Shown here piece after piece: positions 1-3,846 of a stretch of DNA of 5,526 bases. Source of the DNA: a virus. Made by a program: the position numbers and the translations under genes. The notes beneath the pieces were generated by a model. That model made no database searches. It was not told the DNA's origin and saw nothing but the letters and a program-made list of their open reading frames with translations. Every line of letters starts with the position of its first letter. Positions within the stretch are counted from its first letter, which is position 1. The stretch is from the UHGV virus genome UHGV-0392682; one strand, given 5' to 3'.

Positions 1-369
1 GACGCAATCGGATTTCAAGAACTGATAGCAGAAGAAGCAGCTGCATGGAGCACAGAAACCACCGAAAACTACCAACACACGTACCAATCATTAGGAAAAC
101 AACCGTCATGGATCGAATACACAACAGACGTGAACGAAACGTACGGCGAATTTGCCGCGGGAATGCCTTTAGCATTCATGTGCTTAAACAGAGTATACGA
201 AGAAAATAAAGACGGCTCGATCAAAAACGCATCGACATACATCGACCCTACAATATACAACAGCATATTCGCAGAGTCGAGACTAAGTGCGCAAAACTTC
301 TGGGTACAAGTAGCGTTCGACGTAACAGCACGCCGAGTAATGTCAGCAAAACAAATTCCAAATTTGTAA
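1..369 (+). CDS. VP1: 5'-truncated CDS, 122 codons plus stop, open to the window start. It is probably the C-terminal part of the major capsid protein VP1 if the genome is circular.
   Basis: Frame 1 is open from nt 1 to the TAA at 367-369. It translates to DAIGFQELIAEEAAAWSTETTENYQ...NFWVQVAFDVTARRVMSAKQIPNL*. A-rich codon usage matches the other + strand genes. The next gene starts 4 nt downstream, the same packing as elsewhere. The frame is identical to the VP1 ORF that runs off the 3' end of the window (5526 is divisible by 3, and both frames are phase 1). Assignment to VP1 is inferred from circularity and gene order, not from a recognised motif. Confidence 0.55.
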   Translation, partial: DAIGFQELIAEEAAAWSTETTENYQHTYQSLGKQPSWIEYTTDVNETYGEFAAGMPLAFMCLNRVYEENKDGSIKNASTYIDPTIYNSIFAESRLSAQNFWVQVAFDVTARRVMSAKQIPNL

Positions 370-373
370 TACC

Positions 374-697
374 ATGAAAACAGCAAAAAATAGAAAAGGA
401 TGTATCGACAATCCAAACCTTACCTACCAGGCAGAACCGAGGGAGGTGAAACTAAGAAAGATAATCAGCGGAGAGGCCAGTAACATGGAAGATGGAGTAT
501 TCCCAACAATCTACACGGAAAAAAAAGATGGAGTACAACCCGAATACGACATAAGAACAGATCGATTCGAAGTAGCGATAGACGCAATGGATAAGATCAA
601 CCAAAGCATAGCAAGCCAAATCGCAAAAAACAAGAGCGAAACCGAGGCTGCGAAAAATTTCGGGACAGAAGGAAAAACCGATCCCGAAAAAAGCTAA
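374..697 (+). CDS. Hypothetical small protein, 107 aa, in the position that follows VP1 in the circle. Function unknown; an internal scaffold or accessory protein is possible.
   Basis: ATG at 374, 4 nt after the upstream stop, to TAA at 695-697. Same A-rich codon bias and same strand as the recognisable phage genes. A hairpin plus T-run terminator follows it. No motif I can assign. Confidence 0.5.
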   Translation: MKTAKNRKGCIDNPNLTYQAEPREVKLRKIISGEASNMEDGVFPTIYTEKKDGVQPEYDIRTDRFEVAIDAMDKINQSIASQIAKNKSETEAAKNFGTEGKTDPEKS

Positions 698-727
698 AGC
701 AGTCGTATAAAGATCTACCAAAACTCA

Positions 728-759
728 AAGAGGGGGGATATTTCCGCCCCCCCTCTTTT
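728..759 (+). terminator. GC-rich stem-loop followed by a T-run. It could be a rho-independent terminator or a structured element of the main non-coding region.
   Basis: AAAGAGGGGGG (728-737) pairs with CCCCCCTCTTT (748-758), an 11-bp perfect stem with an ~10-nt loop (GATATTTCCGC region). It is followed by TTTT (755-759). It sits 30 nt after the stop of the 374..697 ORF. Confidence 0.6.
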
Positions 760-852
760 AACCCTTGTAAATGTATGTAGCACAGAGCAGTAGACGTTTA
801 TACATATATAACAAGAACATAAGTATATATTCTTTTTAAAAAAAGAACGAAA
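760..852 (+). promoter_or_regulatory. AT-rich non-coding region upstream of VP2. It is likely a promoter and possibly a replication-origin region. Exact elements are not resolved.
   Basis: Non-coding stretch containing TTGTAA (764-769), TATACATATATAAC (798-811) and AAGTATATATTC (821-832), immediately upstream of the VP2 start at 853. No canonical Shine-Dalgarno sequence is present. This is the only intergenic region longer than 40 nt in the window. Confidence 0.35.
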
Positions 853-2061
853 ATGAACTTTAAAAAACTATTGGAATTACTCGAAAAAGGGGAGGATATC
901 ATGGACCCTCTCTCGGGAATCATAGGTAAAGCATCAGGAATCCTCAATACGCTGGGCGTAGGCAGGAGGAAACAGATGGAGCAACAGAAAGAAATGGTGG
1001 AGAACGCAGCCAAAATAAACTATAAATACGGAGAAATGGCGGCGAACAACGCATTCGAAAGACAGCAAGTGTTATACAACAGAACCTATCAAGACCAAAG
1101 TTACGCCAACCAAGTCGCGCAAATGGATGCAGCGGGATTGTCTCCCGGTCTAATGTATGGCAAAGGAGGTGCCGGAGGCGGAGGAGCCGGTTCGACAACA
1201 GGTGCTCCAATGGGTGCAACAGGAGCTACAGGAGCAGGAATGGCAGCCGATCCGAATACGCAACTGCAGGCATTGATGTCATTGCGACAGGTGCGGATGA
1301 GCGAACGAAAGAACGAGGCAGAAATCAAACTACTCAATACGCAAGCAAAAGCACTCGAAGCGGAAGCAGGCAAAAACCAAGAGGAAACCCAATCGATAAT
1401 CGAAAAAAGATTATGGCAAGTAAAGCAAGAGATGTTCGAAGGGTGGACGGATTTCATCGGTACGGCAAACCAACTATGGGACCAAATGGTAAAATGGCAA
1501 CCCACAAAAAAAACGACGATCGACGGCAAAGAAGTCGAGATACCTAAATACTTCGAAATAGAGGACGATAAATTCGGGAAGATCATATTCGGAGAAGAGT
1601 CATTTCAGGGCGATATGATGAAAGCCGAAAAACAAATCCTCGAAGGAACAGCGGCAATCAAAACTCTGGAAAGCATATATGCAGACGAAAAACTATCGTC
1701 AGAAATCAAAAAAATAAACGCGGACGCATGCAGCGCAATGGCTCAAGCAGCTTACTTCTACGCAGCAGGCGAAACCCAAAAAGCAGAAGCAAAAGTACTC
1801 GAAGCAAAAAAGAGAACCGAAGAAGCAACCGCAGATCTGCGAGAACTCCAATATTGGACCGAAATAGCGAATACAATCATCAAACTGGCGCAATTAGTGG
1901 GGAATCTGGCAATCGGAGGAAAAACAGGGAAAGCAATCAGAGAATACACAGAAAGAAGGATGAGCGAAACACTCCCCAAGAATTCATCGACAGTAACACA
2001 ACACTACGATCCGGAGATGAAATTCAAAGGAGTAGATAAGACCGTAACGACAAAATGGTAA
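853..2061 (+). CDS. VP2: Microviridae VP2, the minor capsid / DNA pilot protein, 402 aa.
   Basis: Complete ORF from ATG 853 to TAA 2059-2061. The N-terminal region (NNAFERQQVLYNRTYQDQSYANQVAQMDAAGLSPGLMYG) resembles the conserved N-terminal block of gokushovirus-type pilot proteins. A Gly-rich flexible segment (GKGGAGGGGAGSTTGAPMGATGATGAGMAA) is followed by a long, charged, alpha-helical/coiled-coil-like C-terminal region (KLLNTQAKALEAEAGKNQEE..., AEAKVLEAKKRTEEATADLRELQ). Its size and its position immediately before the Rep gene are typical. An alternative start is the in-frame ATG at 901 (MDPLSGIIG...). Confidence 0.85.
   Translation: MNFKKLLELLEKGEDIMDPLSGIIGKASGILNTLGVGRRKQMEQQKEMVENAAKINYKYGEMAANNAFERQQVLYNRTYQDQSYANQVAQMDAAGLSPGLMYGKGGAGGGGAGSTTGAPMGATGATGAGMAADPNTQLQALMSLRQVRMSERKNEAEIKLLNTQAKALEAEAGKNQEETQSIIEKRLWQVKQEMFEGWTDFIGTANQLWDQMVKWQPTKKTTIDGKEVEIPKYFEIEDDKFGKIIFGEESFQGDMMKAEKQILEGTAAIKTLESIYADEKLSSEIKKINADACSAMAQAAYFYAAGETQKAEAKVLEAKKRTEEATADLRELQYWTEIANTIIKLAQLVGNLAIGGKTGKAIREYTERRMSETLPKNSSTVTQHYDPEMKFKGVDKTVTTKW
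1150..1250 (+). repeat. Low-complexity, GC-rich Gly/Ala/Thr-coding tract inside VP2, with degenerate ~9-nt ACAGGWGCW repeats.
   Basis: ggaggtgccggaggcggaggagccggttcgacaacaggtgctccaatgggtgcaacaggagctacaggagcagga encodes GGAGGGGAGSTTGAPMGATGATGAG. This is a local GC island in an otherwise A-rich genome. It also generates the spurious minus-strand ORF 1101..1586. Confidence 0.6.
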
Positions 2062-2098
2062 AAAACGATTTTAAAGGGGGAAAATTCAATTAAAAACA

Positions 2099-3010
2099 GT
2101 GTGTCTATATCCAAGTACCATAGAGAATCCAAAGTACGCCAAATCGAACGAAAACGCTAAAAGAATAAGAGACCGTCGTCTAAGATGGATCCAAATTCCA
2201 TGCGGACACTGCGAAGAATGCAGACGCGCAAAAGCAAATGAATGGAGAGTGAGATTAATGGAAGAAATAAAATCCAATCCAAAAAATACTATATTTGCCA
2301 CGCTGACGTTCTCCGAAGAAAACCTAAAAAAATTGGAATATGACGAAAACGAACCAAACAAAGCACCTCAAAAAGCAATCAGCCTATTCAGAAAACGATG
2401 GTGGAAAAAGTATAAAAAACCACTCAAACACTGGCTAATCACAGAAATGGGACACGACAATACCAAAAGAATACATCTACACGGCATCGTATGGACGGAA
2501 CTAACAGAGGAACAATTCGAAAAAGAATGGGGGTACGGGTGGGTATTCTTCGGGTATGAAGTAAATGAAAAAACAATAAACTACATCATAAAATACATAA
2601 CGAAAAAAGACGAAGACAACCCTGAATTCAACGGAAAAATATTCACCTCAAAAAAAATCGGAATAAACTACATAAACAAAAACACACTCAACAGGCATAG
2701 ATATCAGGATAAATTCACAGAAGAAACATACAGAACAAATTCAGGAATAAAAACAGCATTACCAGCATACTACAGACAAAAAATATGGACGGATCAAGAA
2801 CGCGAAGCCCTCCGGATCATAAAGGAGGAAAAACAAGTAAAATACTACAACAAAACCCCTATTAAAGTAGAAACAATAGAACAATACAAAGAGTATGTAC
2901 ACGCAGTAAAATACTGGCAATCAATCAAAAAATATGACGGAAAGAGAAAAGAAGGAAATATGCAAAGGATATGCAGACCTGATCATAAAGAAAGAGAAAT
3001 TAATTCGTGA
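2099..3010 (+). CDS. VP4: Microviridae VP4, the rolling-circle replication initiation protein (HUH-type Rep), 303 aa, with a GTG start.
   Basis: The ORF is open from 2075 with no in-frame ATG before the conserved N-terminal block. GTG at 2099 gives M-C-L-Y-P..., which matches the conserved M-x-C-x-x-P N-terminus of microviral Rep proteins. Motifs: CGHCEEC cysteine cluster (2201-2221), motif I FATLTF (2294-2311), motif II HLHGIVW (2474-2494), motif III YIIKYITK (2582-2605) with the two catalytic Tyr one helical turn apart. TGA stop at 3008-3010. Confidence 0.9.
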   Translation: MCLYPSTIENPKYAKSNENAKRIRDRRLRWIQIPCGHCEECRRAKANEWRVRLMEEIKSNPKNTIFATLTFSEENLKKLEYDENEPNKAPQKAISLFRKRWWKKYKKPLKHWLITEMGHDNTKRIHLHGIVWTELTEEQFEKEWGYGWVFFGYEVNEKTINYIIKYITKKDEDNPEFNGKIFTSKKIGINYINKNTLNRHRYQDKFTEETYRTNSGIKTALPAYYRQKIWTDQEREALRIIKEEKQVKYYNKTPIKVETIEQYKEYVHAVKYWQSIKKYDGKRKEGNMQRICRPDHKEREINS

Positions 3011-3013
3011 AAT

Positions 3014-3373
3014 ATGGGAAACGGAATTCACAATCAGAAAAATAGAAAATATATTGACACGGAACAGGATAATAATGCCTGCAGAGGAAGAGGAGACATC
3101 GGAGATAGATCCACTAATCTTACAAAACTAATCGGTGCAGAAGCAGTATCCAAACGAAACTTCAGATACGAAGGAACATTCTACGTGACAGAAGACGGAG
3201 AAACATTCGACAAGGAATACGTAGATACTCAAAAACCACAAAGAACCGGCATCAGCTTCTACGAGGTAAGCAACTGGATATACAACCAAAGAAAACAACT
3301 GTACGAACCTATTATCAGGAGGATAGTAATAATCAAAAAAACCGACACTCAATTATCACTAAACTATGAATGA
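3014..3373 (+). CDS. Hypothetical protein, 119 aa, the first of three stacked small ORFs between Rep and VP1.
   Basis: ATG at 3014 lies 3 nt after the Rep stop, the same tight spacing seen at the other gene junctions. The ORF runs to the TGA at 3371-3373, which overlaps the next ATG (ATGAATGA). The N-terminal third is low-complexity and basic (KNRKYIDTEQDNNACRGRGDIGDRS). The C-terminal part looks globular (TFYVTEDGETFDKEYVDTQKPQRTGISFYEVSNWIYNQRKQLYEPIIRRIVIIKK). Its N-terminal 118 nt overlap an alternative-frame ORF (2934..3131), so the true start is uncertain; an internal GTG at 3185 is possible. Confidence 0.45.
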   Translation: MGNGIHNQKNRKYIDTEQDNNACRGRGDIGDRSTNLTKLIGAEAVSKRNFRYEGTFYVTEDGETFDKEYVDTQKPQRTGISFYEVSNWIYNQRKQLYEPIIRRIVIIKKTDTQLSLNYE

Positions 3374-3536
3374 AAAAGTTAAAAAAATCGTAAAGTGGAT
3401 CGCGGTAATAGCAGCCGCAATCGGCGCCGCAGCCGCCGTAATCATAGAGCAAGGATGCACTCACAAACACTACCTCAAAGCAAGCGGAATCAAAATCGAC
3501 ACAGTCGAAGTATCAACAACAACAAAAATTAAGTAA
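3366..3536 (+). CDS. Small single-pass membrane peptide, 56 aa. It is not in the supplied ORF track. Candidate single-gene lysis (amurin-like) or membrane-targeting protein.
   Basis: ATG at 3366 overlaps the upstream stop by 8 nt (translational-coupling geometry). TAA at 3534-3536 is followed 1 nt later by the next ATG. Translation: MNEKVKKIVKWIAVIAAAIGAAAAVIIEQGCTHKHYLKASGIKIDTVEVSTTTKIK. It has a positively charged N-terminus, a 19-residue hydrophobic Ala/Gly-rich helix (WIAVIAAAIGAAAAVII) with several small-xxx-small motifs, and a polar C-terminal tail. The locally GC-rich codons stand out against the A-rich background. Confidence 0.45.
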   Translation: MNEKVKKIVKWIAVIAAAIGAAAAVIIEQGCTHKHYLKASGIKIDTVEVSTTTKIK

Positions 3537-3537
3537 C

Positions 3538-3843
3538 ATGGACAAAAAATTCAGAAATCAGCTACTTGCTGAAAACGGAAAAAAAGAGGAAGAAATCGAA
3601 AGCGTAAACCTCGAAATCGAAGAAAGAGAGCAATCGGAAAACGGCATATTCGTGCTAATCCGCAACAAAAAAAACAAATGGGTGATCACAATGTGCGGCT
3701 CGCTCTTAAACGGAAAGGAATTCGACACCAAAGAGGAAGCTGAAGAACACATAGCTAAAAAAGAATGGGAAGACATCCTGACCGCAACATTCATATTCAT
3801 CCTGCACATAAACGAAGAAATGAGAAACACTCAAACAAAATAA
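3538..3843 (+). CDS. Hypothetical acidic protein, 101 aa, immediately upstream of VP1.
   Basis: ATG at 3538 is 1 nt after the previous stop. TAA at 3841-3843 is 3 nt before the VP1 ATG. Glu/Lys-rich N-terminus (KKEEEIESVNLEIEEREQSE), a central hydrophobic beta-like segment (IFVLIRNKKNKWVITMCGSLLNG), then FDTKEEAEEHIAKKEWEDIL. Codon bias is consistent with its neighbours. No recognisable domain. Confidence 0.5.
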   Translation: MDKKFRNQLLAENGKKEEEIESVNLEIEEREQSENGIFVLIRNKKNKWVITMCGSLLNGKEFDTKEEAEEHIAKKEWEDILTATFIFILHINEEMRNTQTK

Positions 3844-3846
3844 GCC

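Noticed and set aside
795-811. GTTTATACATATATAAC as a palindromic or dif-like Xer recombination site.
   Set aside because: On checking base by base it is only alternating AT sequence. It is not a true inverted repeat with 11-bp arms around a 6-bp spacer, and I cannot match it to any dif consensus from memory.
2073-2080. AAAGGGGG upstream of Rep as a Shine-Dalgarno site, and a similar AGAGGGGGG at 729-737.
   Set aside because: Spacing to the only plausible start (GTG 2099) is ~18 nt, well outside functional SD spacing. The second copy is the stem of the intergenic hairpin. No other gene in the window has an SD-like sequence, so these are more likely structural G-runs than ribosome-binding sites.
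3100-3131. A programmed -1 frameshift slippery heptamer joining ORF 2934..3131 to the downstream part of ORF 3014..3373.
   Set aside because: No canonical X_XXY_YYZ slippery sequence is present near the 3131 stop (TTACAAAACTAA). The stop/3-nt/ATG packing supports 3014 as an independent start.
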